This document shows, in pieces, positions 27,814 to 41,149 of a stretch of 64,000 nucleotides of DNA. The position numbers were made by a program, and so were the translations under genes. The DNA is from Octopus vulgaris (lineage: Eukaryota), in assembly GCA_951406725.2 (NCBI GenBank), contig OX597817.1:92008001-92072000 (forward strand), in the 5' to 3' direction. Position 1 is the first letter of the stretch. Every line of letters begins with the position of its first letter. Under the pieces are notes generated by a model. It ran no database searches and was not told where the DNA came from. It saw only the letters and a list, made by a program, of their open reading frames with translations.

Positions 27814-28607
27814 GTAAGGATAGTTGTTTTGTTGTTTTACTTCTAATTATATGTGAAAGAAAAGAGGATTGGTAGGTGTGTGTGTGTGTGGTGTAAATCT
27901 ATATATGCTTATGTGTGTGTATCTGAGCGCTTTGTATATAGGGTTTGAGTTTTAAAAAAATCAACTGCTATTTCTAGCTGCTTCAGTAACCATATATGAA
28001 TTCCCCTATTGGTTTGTAGCTATCATTTAGCCCTGGTCCACAGCCAGTGTTGTAAATACAAGATGTTCCAACTATAACCAATCTGTCTTTTTATTCAAAC
28101 AGTATATCTAGGATTTCCTTATCCAATGTGTTCTTTCTTTTTTCTTCGTTTTTGTTAGGTATAATTTAAAGGAGATTTGTCTGCTATTTCTGGCAGGTCA
28201 AATAATTTTGTAAAGGCATCATTAGTTTCTTATGTTTACTCTTGTTATACTGAAATTTTTTTTTTCATTTACCAATGACCTTCACAAGTTCTTCCAATTT
28301 ACTGATAGCCTTTACAAAATCTCTCAGTTCGTCCAATGATCATTGCAAAGTTTTCCAAAACTAGAGGAGTAAACCACAATTCAGAGTTGTTGCATTAGAA
28401 AGCAGAGTAAAATATTATCAAGATATCATTAGATCAGAAACCTGGTTCAAATTCTATCCACAGAATGAATTTCTACCAAAGGTTTTCAAGAGCCATGTAA
28501 TGGTATTAAACCAGATGTTATATTAAATCTACCAGCTAACAGTCTGTGATAAGGCAGACTCTGTAATTTTACAAATTATGACTGTTTTCTCTGTTTCTCA
28601 TTTTCAG

Positions 28608-28788
28608 GCTTCCAAAAGTGAATTTGCAGGAATTATCTTATGGAATTGTTCAAACTGGAAACAACTTGGTGTCCTTGAAGGCCCTTCATTGACGGTCACT
28701 CAACTGGCTTTTTCATATGATGGTCAACATCTTCTGTCTGTGTCTAGGGACCGTACCTGGACACTTTTTAGACATGCAGTGGACCATG
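28608..28788 (+). CDS. ELP2: ELP2 exon
   Basis: tttcag|...CATG|gttagt; ASKSEFAGIILWN...LTVTQLAFSYDGQHLLSVSRDRTWTLF. Confidence 0.94.
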
Positions 28789-29164
28789 GTTAGTTGGGTC
28801 TTTTTTCAAACTTTTTTGATTTTTGTAATGTCTTTTTTTAATATTATTTGAATTTTTCTTGCAATTGATTTTGTTTGTGTAGTTCTTTTTATTGCTGTGT
28901 ATATGTGTGTGTCTCTCTCTCTCTCTATATATATATATCTATCTATCTCTCTCTCTCTATATATATATTTATTTATTTAAAATAATAAGGGTGCAAGATT
29001 GAATATTAATTTGATTAATATCAATTTAAAATCAGTGGTCTAGCATATAGAAAAATCTGAAGGTTCAGAAAAATTATATTACATATAAGAGGGATGACCA
29101 CGAAGTGGACATCCATTATGCTAGAAGTCAACCCCCTATTGTTTTACCATGTAATATATATATA

Positions 29165-30749
29165 TCTATATTTATAAAAGGCAGGATGTGTGTGTGTGTG
29201 TGTACGTGGATGTAATTTATGCACGTCCACAGAATAGCATGTATGTCGCTCCAATTTTTGGAGGACTTTGGTCATGACCATGGCTGTGCTTTTGTCAACC
29301 TATTTTTCTTGAAACACCTGTGGATAGCAGTAAAAATTGATTTTCAACCATAACTTTTACCAATTTTGAACATCGGTGAAATCTGTAAGTTTGCTAACAT
29401 GAGTTAAGTCCCCTTCTTGCAATAGCAAAGTGGTGTGTGAGGGAGAGAGAGAAAGAGAGTGTGACAGCATACACTTCTTAAATTTATTTTTCGTTGCGTC
29501 TTTTTTGAGTGATTGACTGAGAGAGAAAGAGAGAGTGATAACGTAATGCCCCCCCCTCTCTCTCTGTCAAAGACACTAAAAAAGACGTGAGAAAAAGTAA
29601 GATAAAATTTACGCTCTCTCTCACACACACTTCCCCTCTCTCTTTTTCCAACAACACACCTCTCTTTCTCACACACACTTCCCCTCTCTCTCTCTCTCTG
29701 TGAATCATCCACACACTCGCTCAAAAAAGATGCAAGGAGAAATAAATCTAAAGAATGTACGCTGTATGTGTGTGTGAGAGAGAGAAAGAGCAACAGCATA
29801 CATTTTTAAAATTTATTTTTCCTCGCATCTTTTTGAGTGAGTGTGTGAGGGATTGACTGAGAGAGGTGTGTGTTATTGGAACGAGAAAGAAAGTGTGTGT
29901 TACTGTGTGTGTGAGACAGAGAGAGAGTGAGAGATAGCGTAAATTTAATTTATTTACTTTTTCTCGCATCTGTTTTTAGTGTGTGTTTGAGAGAAAGTGA
30001 GAGGGGCATTACGCTATCACACACTGTCTCTCTCTCTCTTTCTCTCGCAGTCAATCACTCACTCAGAAAAGATGCGAGGAAAAATAAATTTTAAAATATA
30101 TGCTGTCACTTTCTCTCTCCCTCACACACACACACACCTCTCTCTCTCTCAAACACACATGGCCAAGTGGGGTTAGATGATGATGGGGGGTTCGAAAGGG
30201 CCGGCATGTGCAACCTAATCATTTCTGCAGGTCAAACTCCCAATCCATGTGTTCCCGTTGTGACACTGATTCTGTAGAATTGGGTTAGGTGTGAAAACTA
30301 ACTTTAAAGTATAAATATAGATTTTTGAATCAGTAATGTTGTGATTTGTTAGTTCCTTTTTTGGGGTGAAAAATCAATAAACTGATTCCTTATAGGATTT
30401 TCCACTAAAATTGGTTACACCCCATTTTCAACAATAACTTTTACTAATTTTGATGTATTTTGTTCAAACTTTATGCTGCTGTTGCTTAGGACTTATGGGA
30501 TATTTGAATGCTTTAAGTTCTCCAAAAAAATTAAAAAACAATCGATGAGTGGAAAAAATCGATAAACCGATTCCTTATGGGATTTCCCAATCAAATTGTC
30601 TGCAACCCATTCTAGGCCAAATGTTTTCTAATTTCAATGGATTTTACTGAAATTTGAAGTTGGTGTAACTTAGTTTGGTTTGAAACAAAGTGCTTGATTA
30701 GCTTATTAATCCTAACTTAATCTTGGGCAACGCTGGGCTAAACTGCTAG
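29165..30749 (+). mobile_element. Non-autonomous Helitron with internal GA/CT-rich repeats
   Basis: A|TCTATATTTATAAAAG ... cttgggcaacgctgggctaaactgCTAG|T. Confidence 0.75.
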
Positions 30750-31538
30750 TATATATATATATTAAAATATGAAAAAGTCTTCAGCTACAAACAATGTTGA
30801 TAATTCCTTGTCAACAAATCACCTGTTAGCTTTGCACATTTGAAAACAAGTGGAATGAAAGATCCTTTACTTGAATAAAAAGTAGAGTTTAGGGCACCTT
30901 GTTTTAAAAAGAAAAACAATGCATCAATAATATGTATTCATCTAATCCATGCTAGCACAGTGTTCTGGTTTCTTAAACCATCCAACCCATGCCAGCATGG
31001 AAGGAGGAGGTTAAGTGATGATGATATATATGCATATATATATATATATATATATGCTTTCACATGTACACACACACATTCCAGTAGTTACAGCATACAT
31101 AATATTATTACTGTGTCACAGTTTGTGTTATAGGTAGTACTCTTGCTGTCAGTGTTATTGATGTTTATGTAGGTCTTGTTTATGCAGGTCTTCTTGGAAG
31201 TATTACAACTATTTCCCCCAACCCCTTGGAAATTCCCACCCTCTAAAATATCTTGATCTATGATATTGTCTCCTCCCCTCCCATTCCCTATAAAGTATTT
31301 CTTCTCCCTCTGGGATTCCTCACCTCATCTTAAGTTCTTGAAAACCTGCTATATAGTCTCTCCCTCTGAAGTTAGCCAACTCTCCTTGAAAATTCTCCAC
31401 ATCCCATTTCACCATGTCAGCAAAGCTTGCTACAACTCTCATACTCCCTACCAATAATATCTAAATGTATAATTCCTCATGGATTCATTGTCTTTTCTTG
31501 ACAGCTTTATATATTTTCTCTCTCTCTCTCTCTCTCAG

Positions 31539-31660
31539 ATATTCCATTTAAGAAAATTGCCTCTGTTGACAAAAAGACTTCAGCCCATTCTCGCATCATT
31601 TGGTCATGTTGTTGGTCACATGACAATGCCTATTTTGCCACAGCATCTCGGGATAAGAAA
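31539..31660 (+). CDS. ELP2: ELP2 exon
   Basis: (CT)n cag|...AAA|gtgagt; [40 protein letters not shown]. Confidence 0.94.
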
Positions 31661-34606
31661 GTGAGTGTCTAATTTTATTTATTTATTCATTTGTAAAATG
31701 TAAAGAGAGCCATGAGTTGATGAAGTGGCTGAGTGGACAGGGTATTGGGCTATCTGTTCAGAAGTTCAAACTTCTGATGATGTTTCAGTTTTTCTTTCAC
31801 GTAACCTCAGTTAACTTGGCTGTCACAAGGGAATAGGTTCCACCAGATCATTTATGAATGTAACTTCACTCTCCTTGAAGTCTATGATAAATAACTCTAA
31901 TAAGAATTATCTCTCATTTTAGTTTCTCTGGGACAATACATTCTATTCCCTCAGTTCACTTGACTACCATCCACGAACAGGTAGCAAATCATATCATATT
32001 ACCTGTCATAGACTGGCATCTTGTTCAGGAAACATTTATTTTATTTTAATGTCTTTCAGTCATTACCCTATCTTCTACACGAGCTCATTTCCATCTAGAT
32101 ATTATGATGGAAGAGGTAACATTAGACAATCTGAGAGGAATGTTATCTGGAGATAAAAGTCCCTTTAAGAGACATTTATACTGCCAAGTGTTGGGTGAAA
32201 TAAAAGAAAGTTTCAAGTATTTCCTTTTATGTATTTGTTTTGCAAGATTTTTGATGTGAAATTGTGTGTTGAAACAGATATTGTTATACTTAGGGATAGA
32301 CATATTTTGCAATTAATCACCTGCACTATATGTTTAGTCTTCACTTCAGTTTTATAATTAAAAACATGCACTATATATTTGGTCTTCACCTCAGTAATAA
32401 TATAGTTGAAGTGAAGACCAAATATATAGTACTTGTGTTTAATTGGCAATATATGACCATCCCCAAGTAGTTCTCCAATGTATTTCAAGAGAAATGGGAT
32501 ACTCAAGGTAGAGAAAATAGAAGGAAGACCTGAGACTCTATGGTGGCGGTTAGACTTCAGAATGTTTGGCCTCACAAATGAGGGGATGTTCAGTCAATTA
32601 GTGACATTATGTCAGTCCATACCAGCCCTGGAAAACAGATATTGTAATGATACTGAGGTTGATATTTGTCTCAACATTAAATAACCAGGATTATTGTTTA
32701 GCCTCCCAGTCAACCTTGACTGTGCAGATCTATGGTCAAAGGCATTCCGGTTGTGACCATCCTGCTTTTTCCAGCAACATTATCTAATATTCCTTCATTG
32801 TTTTGATAATAAAAGAGCTGAACTTGAGGGAAATTTGAGTACTATTTCTTGCAAATTGAGCTGACACATAGAAGTTTCCTCACTGACTGAAATAATCAAG
32901 ATATTTAAGGAGTGCTGTCTATGAAACTGTCTATGTGATCAGTATCTTTCTGAATAACCACATCAAAACTAGTCAAATATGATTTTGGTAGGAATAAAAG
33001 GTTGATAGAAACATCCGACTCCAATCAATTATTATTCTACAACTACACTGCACCATTAGACTATATATCTCCATTGAATGTTCATACTATCTGATGGCAA
33101 TCAAAGTAGCAAAAATATCTGAAAGAAGGATATATGCAGTGCATAATAGTAATTACTTTTACTTTAAAATTTGGTGTTTATATTTTCCCTTGATAAATCA
33201 CCTCCATCCTGCTAAGCAACTCATGCTGATATTTATTTCACTTTTTCTTGTTAGAGCAATGAACAGAACATTTCTTGACATTCATAAATCAGAGATATCA
33301 ATGTGATTGGTTATTTAGATTAGTTGGGAGATGGTGGTGAATTATCAATATGTTAAAAGCTGTGAACGTAGCACACTGTGCAGAATGCTTAGTGGCATTT
33401 CAAATTCTCACCAAGGTCAATTTTGCTTTTCATCCTTTTGGGATTAGTTAAATAAGTACCAGCTGAACACTGGGGTTGATGTAATCAACTTATCCCCTCC
33501 TTGATATTGCTGGCCTTCTGCCAAAATTTGAAAGTAGTCTGTTAAAAGTTGTGATATCTTCTTTAATTTTACACCAAATTTTTTTCCAACCAGACTTTGT
33601 GTTTCTCCTTAACAGAATTATTTAATATTTTATGGATGATTGATGTTTGAAGCAAAATTATAGTAGGGGTTGAGGATGTACTACCAGCAGCTGTTGCTTC
33701 TATTGGCAACAAAATGTTTTTCTCTCTTAGATGTACTGAAAATGAGGATTAAATGTCTTTAGAAACTGAAGTGAAATGGGACAAACATGAGCTGCTTTAT
33801 GTATAATATAAGCATGGCTGTAACATGAGCAGTGAGAGAGAATGACTGGAGATTAAAGATATGAGCAGATGTATCAATTATGTGAAGTGTGATGCAACCT
33901 GGTTGTAAAACATTGAGTGTTGAACGAGGGAATTATTAGGATTAGAGACTGAAATAGGATGATTATAAACTATTGTATGTGTAAGTTTAACCCACATAAA
34001 ATTTTGAATGCATGTGAACTGAAAGAAACAGAAACTGGGTATCAAAGATAAAAGTTAATGTGTGCTGGGGAGATAATTTAAATTGTACAGATGCATGACA
34101 TGTATGGACAAATATTGTGGGGTGAAAAATTATTGTGCTCTCTCTGAGAGAAGACTTAATACAGTCAGGTCTCAGAATGCTGAGCATCACAAATGAAATG
34201 ACAAAAGACCAAGACAAGTAGAAATATAGTGTATGGTAGACCAATCCAACCTGTGTCAGTATAGAAAACTGCTAAAGCATTGATAATATTGATAATGATT
34301 ATAATTTCAAATCTGCTTGATGGTGTTTCATAGTGTTTGTTAGCAGGTCACTTTTATTCTGCATCACCTCAGTTTACTGAGATGTTGGGAATAATCAGTG
34401 CAGTTTCCAAGTAATGTTCGGTAGTATTGATTACCCATTTGACCTTTAGCTCTGATCAGGAAATGTCACAGTAATTCTCTCCCTCTCTGTATTTCAATTA
34501 TATTCAGATGCTACACACACACATGTGCATATATATGGTACATAACACAATATCTGTCACCTGAATGTGATGTAATTCCAGTCTCATGTCTGTTCTATAT
34601 ATTTAG

Positions 34607-34734
34607 GTAATTCTCTGGAATTGTCCTCCACCCTCAACTAATGATGTCATCTCTGTTCAACCAAAAGACAATTTCATATTCAGTGATTCAGTAACAGCAG
34701 TTGATATGGCTCCTACCTTCACACCTGATAACAA
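34607..34734 (+). CDS. ELP2: ELP2 exon
   Basis: atttag|...AA|gtaagt; VILWNCPPP...FSDSVTAVDMAPTFTPDN; phases consistent with neighbours. Confidence 0.88.
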
Positions 34735-35165
34735 GTAAGTAAACATTTCTCTCTCTCTCTCACACACACACACTTACATTACATTACATACCATACATTG
34801 CTGCTTGTCTTAGTTTTTTGTTACCTTGTCTGTGATACTCAACATTCTCAGACATGACTGTACCAAGTCTTCTCTAACCTTTCTCAGTTACTGTTTCATG
34901 GATAAACCTTCACAGATAGCACACTGAAAATTTTCACCATACAATATTTGTCCATAATCATCAGTCATCTCCTCCAAGACACATCAACTCATGCCAGCAG
35001 TAATCTTTCTCTCAACTCATATGTTCAATCATTGTCATTACACATTTAATCAATCCCAAACATCATCCAAATGCCCTCTAACACCTCTGTTTCACACCAT
35101 GTAATATCACATTTCACACATCAGCTCATACCTTTAATCCTCAGCCACTTTTCATCAGACATTAA

Positions 35166-35386
35166 CCCTTTCATTACTGTATTTATTTTTAGATACTCTG
35201 TGTTTCTTTCAGTTATTTTAAATATAACAAAGAATTTAGTAAAATAACTTAGTTATCATTCAGCTAGTGTTAGGAACATAAATTGTGACTAAGGTTTGGT
35301 GGAAGATTTTAATTCAGAACTTATGAAAACAAGACATTTTGTACTCAGAACCAGAGATGGTTTCAGCCGAGTTGGTAACAAAAGGG
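35166..35386. mobile_element. piggyBac-like MITE; diverged relatives at ~25280-25505 and ~9150-9379
   Basis: TTAA|CCCTTTcattac ... gtaacAAAGGG|TTAA. Confidence 0.7.
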
Positions 35387-36494
35387 TTAACATTTCAAGA
35401 AGTGCTGTTTGTTTTTGTTTTTCTACATTTTCTTGGACATGTTGCTACCATCAGCAGTGTATTCATTGCAGCAGCACATCATGACTATAATCATATATAC
35501 ATCAAAGCACTATTATCGTCATCAGAGATGTACTTTTCAGCATTTACTTGTACATTTTTGTTCAAATAAAAACAATCCATTGTCATTAGAATAAAGTCAA
35601 TTGAATGTGGGTTATTAGATATACAAAGAACTCTTCATGGCAACATCATCTGTTTGGCACCAGGAACACCAAAATGAAAGTTGTACTGTGTTGGTGATAG
35701 TGCTAGTAGTAGCTTATCTAGAAATATGTCTGTAACTTAAAATAGTTCTAAATACTAATTGGTATTATAATTAAAATGTAAATGAGCTAACGTTGAACGG
35801 ATAGAAAATTACACTATTCATGTTGTGTCTGGGGAGAGTCATTCTCTTTTATAATTTAGAGCATTGCGGAACGACTAAATGAACATTTGAGATAATATGA
35901 CGACAAAAAGCAGTCCTCCAACATGCCAAGGACCAACATGGAGGCAACCTGGGTCAACTTGACATCTACATCTTATCCAAGCACCCAAAGGACCCAACAC
36001 TCAGACAAATACAGGAGTACGTCCTCATAAATGAAACTTCCCCACTACTAAATAAGAAATATACATAGTAGATATCATATCCCCATACCCATAGTTTACA
36101 CAGGTAGAGTAGAATAGTTAGTGGGCTGTTATGTAGATAGATGTATGTATGTGTGGGTGTATCATCATCATCATATGCACATGTATATAAGCATATGGAT
36201 ATGAAAGTAAACAGATCAACATACAGATGGATAGGTACATAGGTTATATGAACAGACAAGCACACATACACAAATGAAGACTGAAACACGTGACCGTATA
36301 TACACACACACTTTACTTCACACAAGGACACTAATGGAGACACACGTCCACACATATGGAGATGCACACCCATACATATAAACATGGTACATAGTTGCAA
36401 AACACACACACACTCATAAAAACACAGAAACACAGACATATGCAGAATACATACATACAAATATACACACATACATACATATGTACACATATAC

Positions 36495-37061
36495 AGCTCT
36501 GTCTGGTCCCGTGTCGGTGGCACGTAAAAGCACCATCCGTTTGTGTTCATTGCCAGCCTTGGCTGGCCCCCATGCCGGTGACACGTAAAAGCACCGTCCG
36601 TTCGTGGCTGTTTGCCAGCTCTGTCTGGCCCCGTGTCGGTGGCACGTAAAAGCACCATCCGTTCGTGTCCATTGCCAGCCTCGGCTGGCCCCCGTGCCGG
36701 TGACATGTAAAAGCACTGTCCGTTCGTGGCCGTTTGCCAGCACTGTCTGGTCCCGTGTCGGTGGCACGTAAAAGCACCATTCGTTCGTGTCTGTTGCCAG
36801 CATCGCCTGGCCCCATGCCGGTGACACGTAAAAGCACCATCCGTTCGTGGCCGTTTGCCAGCTTTGTCTGGCACCTGTGCAGGTGGCACGTAAAAAATAC
36901 CCACTACACTCGCGGAGTGGTTGGCGTTAGGAAGGGCATCCAGCCGTAGAAACACTGCCAGATCTGACTGGGCCTGACGAAGCCTTCCAGCTTCACGGAC
37001 CCCAGTTGACCCGTCCAACCCATGCTAGCATGGAAAGCGGACGCTAAATGATGATGATGAT
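36495..37061 (+). mobile_element. 3' UTR-only insertion of LINE family A (about 7 tandem ~60-bp units + tail)
   Basis: Units ...cggtggcacgtaaaagcaccatccgttcgtg...gccag; tail matches reverse complement of 10140-10300. Confidence 0.9.
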
Positions 37062-38090
37062 ACATGCATACACACACATGCATACATGCATGCATGTGTA
37101 GGCACACACATACTAACCCGCATACATGCATGCATGTGTAGGCACACACATACTAACCCACCCACATGCACACAAACAAAAAGGTTCGCAGTGTGAATAA
37201 CGGACAGTCAAAACTATTGAAAAGGTTGCAAGATGCAACAAAAATTTTAGGAAAATAAGAAAGAAATAAGTGGAGATTTTACTGGTGAGTGTGTTAAATT
37301 ATAAGGCACCAAAAGAGAATCACTACAGAATATGCTTCAACACACGAACTCACATAAAGAATCTTGCAAACCAAATCCAAAAATGAAATTTACTATTCAT
37401 CATAATCATTTAATATCTATTTTCCCAAACTAGTGTATGTTAGCTGGGTCTGCAATGTGGAAAATTGCCACTTATCCTGAATTGTTTGTCATCTCATCTA
37501 GACTCAACATCCTGAGATATGACATCATGACTTCACTTGTTCTCATCTCCTATTTGCTCCCCTTCATTAGCACTACACCGTGTAATTACCATCCTGTCAC
37601 ATCACATCTCCATAGCAACACAATCATCTCTCCAACATATATAAATTAGTAACTTTAATGGCAGCCACTCAGCTCACACCTACTCTTTTACGTTACTGCT
37701 GTACATCTGATGGATCATATTTGCCTCAGGTCTTCATACATTACCAACCATATACAATATCACACATGTTGGCCAGTCTGCTGCCTATTTTATTCATTTT
37801 TTATCATGCAAGCATGGATGGGAAGAATTATTGGTTGGAGCAAGTGGTTTTCAGCTGCATAGATGCACTTTCTACTGCTAATCACACAAAACAGACTCCA
37901 CTTCTTAAATTACTAGTTTTGTTCAGGAAACTAGATCAAGTAGAATGGGAGGATATCTACAAGGACATAATATAGTAAGATCTAAACTTACAGCTGTCCA
38001 GCAGTAGTCCAGCATCTTAAACTCCCAGCTATTCTGTTTCATTTGATCATTGTAATTATTGTTGTTATATATATATATATATTTTTGCAG

Positions 38091-38189
38091 GTATTTACTC
38101 AGTATTGGTTTGGACAGTGGTATTATAGAGTTGTTATCCTGGTCACCTGACCAACCAACACCATGGCAGCATTTGAAAGTCTTGGACTT
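38091..38189 (+). CDS. ELP2: ELP2 penultimate exon
   Basis: ttgcag|G TAT...; YLLSIGLDSGIIELLSWSPDQPTPWQHLKVLD; ends at GTATCCTTT donor. Confidence 0.88.
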
Positions 38190-39485
38190 GTATCCTTTCA
38201 TGCAGAACCATTCCTTTATCATTAATGCCACAATATGGTTAATTAGTTATTTCTTGGTGTATGTGTCAGTTATTACTGCAGGTCTTTATATGTACTATAT
38301 TAACCAAGTCTACCATTTTAAACATAACAAAATTACTTTATTATTGCACATTGAAATTCACACATATGATGGAGGAGGGTATTTGTGAGTGCCTGCAATG
38401 CAAACCACCTTCTATTGTACCCATCCTATTGGTTGTCTTGCTTTGAATGAACACTGTACACCAGTGGGAACTCCTTTGCCTTGCAGGATTGAAAGCAACC
38501 TCATTAGTGTAGGTGCCACAGTAAAATGCACCCAGCACACTGTAAAATGGTTCATGTTAGGAAGGACATGCAACTGTTGAAACCATACTGAATATAAAAA
38601 TATGGATTGAGTTATGATTTTCTGATCTATTTAGGATAAATATTAACTGAATAAGAACTGATTATGATAATGACCTCTCCAGCCAATGCCTTCATGGAAT
38701 ACAGGCATAAAATAATGGTAAGTAGGAACAGGGGAAGTAGATTTTATATAAAACAATCATCTAACTTGCTGCTATGAATATATATGTAAAAGTAACTCTT
38801 GTACATCTTATATATATAAGATAAACTAAAGAAAATAATTCTTTCAAAGGGGTGTGTAAAACAGCCAAGTCACTGGTATGTCAGTTGAATACCACATAAA
38901 TATGGGTATAATTCAAATTAAAAACAATAAATTGAATAAAGAGATACAACTGACAATCCAATAATTTATAAATAAGTTATTGGATTGTCAATTGTATCTC
39001 TCTTTTACTGTTTATATATATATATATTAATGTTATACATCATCATTTACACCCATTTTCCATGTTGACATTGGCTGAATAAGTTGCCATAAGGCAAATC
39101 AGTTCTTATTCATAATTACTACCTATTTAGATTGGTAAGGGACCATACCTAACTTCTAAGTTCGATTTTGGTAACATATCTATGGCTAGATGCCCTTCTC
39201 TACATTGCTTTTGTTTGCTAGATATATGATGCATATATTCATACCATGAATATATTACATACATGCATTTCATATCCTTTATAATCTATTATTTTTAATG
39301 CAAACAGACACACATACAACAATGGAAAATAAATATTAACTCCTCATCTTACAGCTACCTATGAATCCTCTCATTCAACTAAGTCTGAAAAGAGCATTAT
39401 TTTAGATAAATTAGTAAAATAGTTGAAACACATGAAAAAGGAGTAAAATAAAAGAGCACCAGTTCTATTTCCTTATGTTTATCAG
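38190..39485 (+). other. U12-type (minor spliceosome) GT-AG intron of ELP2
   Basis: 5' site GTATCCTTT; branch-like TTTCCTTAT at 39468-39476, ~10 nt before the AG; no long polypyrimidine tract; splice restores frame (TT|A = Leu). Confidence 0.85.
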
Positions 39486-39648
39486 AATTTCTCATCATTT
39501 AACTGTGAAAAGACTTAAATTCTCCAGAGTTATTAAAGACCACCAACAACAACAGAACAAAGATGACGACAATCCACAGTTTATGCTGGCATCCTGTGGG
39601 AATGACTTCTCTGTCCGAATTTTTAACATTTTTCTAGGACAATGTTAA
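39486..39648 (+). CDS. ELP2: ELP2 last coding exon
   Basis: ISHHLTVKRLKF...FMLASCGNDFSVRIFNIFLGQC*, matching the final ELP2 WD repeat; TAA at 39646-39648. Confidence 0.9.
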
Positions 39649-39657
39649 ATAAATAAA
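39648..39657 (+). terminator. Candidate polyadenylation signal(s) AATAAA abutting ELP2 stop codon
   Basis: TAAATAAATAAATAA gives overlapping AATAAA hexamers; T/GT-rich sequence downstream. Confidence 0.4.
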
Positions 39658-41149
39658 TAATACAATTATATTTTCCACAAATTTACTAGTTGGCTTTTTA
39701 TTCTGTTGTCAGTTTCTTTTTGATTAGTTGTGACTATTGACACCACATACTGTTATTTTATATCATAATTTGCAAAGCAATTGTGTTGGTTCATTGTATT
39801 TTTTATGATATCAGTGATAAGGCTATGTCTGAATCTAGTACAAGAAATTTTATTCATAAAGCACTTATTCTTTATTATTTTATTTTTACACTGATGTTTT
39901 ATATCCTATACAAATATAAATCAGCATACTTTTAAGAGAGTGGGTTGTGATTTGATGGAAATTTGGTTGTTATTCATAATAGATCCAGTACCCACAGGCT
40001 GTCATATTGCTGCTGGTGTCAACTGAACTTACCTATTATTAAAGGAAATCCAGCTATGATCGCTCCAACCTCCTCTCAGTCACTGTGTATCTAGGAGTGT
40101 GTAATTTTAGAGAGATTAGGCTGCAATTTCTACCAAAGTTTGGGGAATCTTTGGTCAAAGGTTTGTTCAATCAGAGGTGACCTAGGGTTAAACTACAATA
40201 GCAATGATTTCCAACACAGGTAGAAGGTTAAAAGTTATTTTTGTTTGGAAGTATAGTTGATTGAATCAACCTAGGCAATTATTTTGGGGTTTGATAAAAA
40301 TAATTGCCAGGGCTCATTGAATCAAAGTAGCTCTTAAAGTAGGATTTGAATTGTGGAGTTACAAGTAAATAAAGTTTGTCTGATGCTCAACCAATCTTCC
40401 ATATTGGTTCCAAATTTGGCAAAGGCCAGTAATTTCAGGGAGGGGGGCTAAGCCAGTTACATCAACCCCATTGCTCAACTGGTGCTTATTTTATCAACCC
40501 TGAGAGGACGAAAGGCAAAGTTGATCTCGGCAGAATTTGAACTTGTAACAAAGATGGACAAAATGCCACTAAGCACTTTGCCCGATGTACTAATGATTCT
40601 ACCAGCTCGCAGCCCTAACCCTATTTCATATTACCAAGACAATATTATTGAGATGTCATTGTGCAATATAAACAAAATATCTTTTGGTCCATCAGAAATA
40701 ATTGAAGACTTAAGTACTTAATTGGTGTCCATAAAATAGAATTGTCAGACATAAGTGCTACAAGGTCATCATATACTTGTAGCCAAACAAAACCACATGG
40801 TTGTTTTAAACCATTTGCACATTGGTGAATCATCACCATTAATGAAGAATGAAATAATTTCTAATTAATGAAATAATTTCTAATTCATGTGTTTAATCAG
40901 TTATTCTTTTACTAGTTTCAATTACTTGACTGTAGCCATGCTAGGGCACTGCCATGAAGTGTTTTTATCAAACAAGTTCAACCCTAAGATAGAATAAGTA
41001 CTAAGCTTAAAAAATAAGCTTAGTACTTATTCTATCAGCCTCTTTGCTGAACCACTAAGTTATAGGGACATAATCACATCAACACCAGTTGTCAAGCGAT
41101 GATGGGGGGGGGGAGACAAACACACACACAGAAACATACCTTCAACTGC

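Noticed and set aside
36495-36900. CRISPR-like regularly spaced repeats (also 61915-62290)
   Set aside because: Inter-repeat segments are themselves repeated, not unique spacers; context is a eukaryotic LINE 3' UTR with no cas genes.
35966-37018. 350-aa ORF on - strand
   Set aside because: Antisense reading of the tandem array plus (GT)n-rich sequence; no domain or splice support.
39541-39570. Short poly-Q/D run in last ELP2 exon
   Set aside because: Only four Gln in a variable loop; unremarkable.
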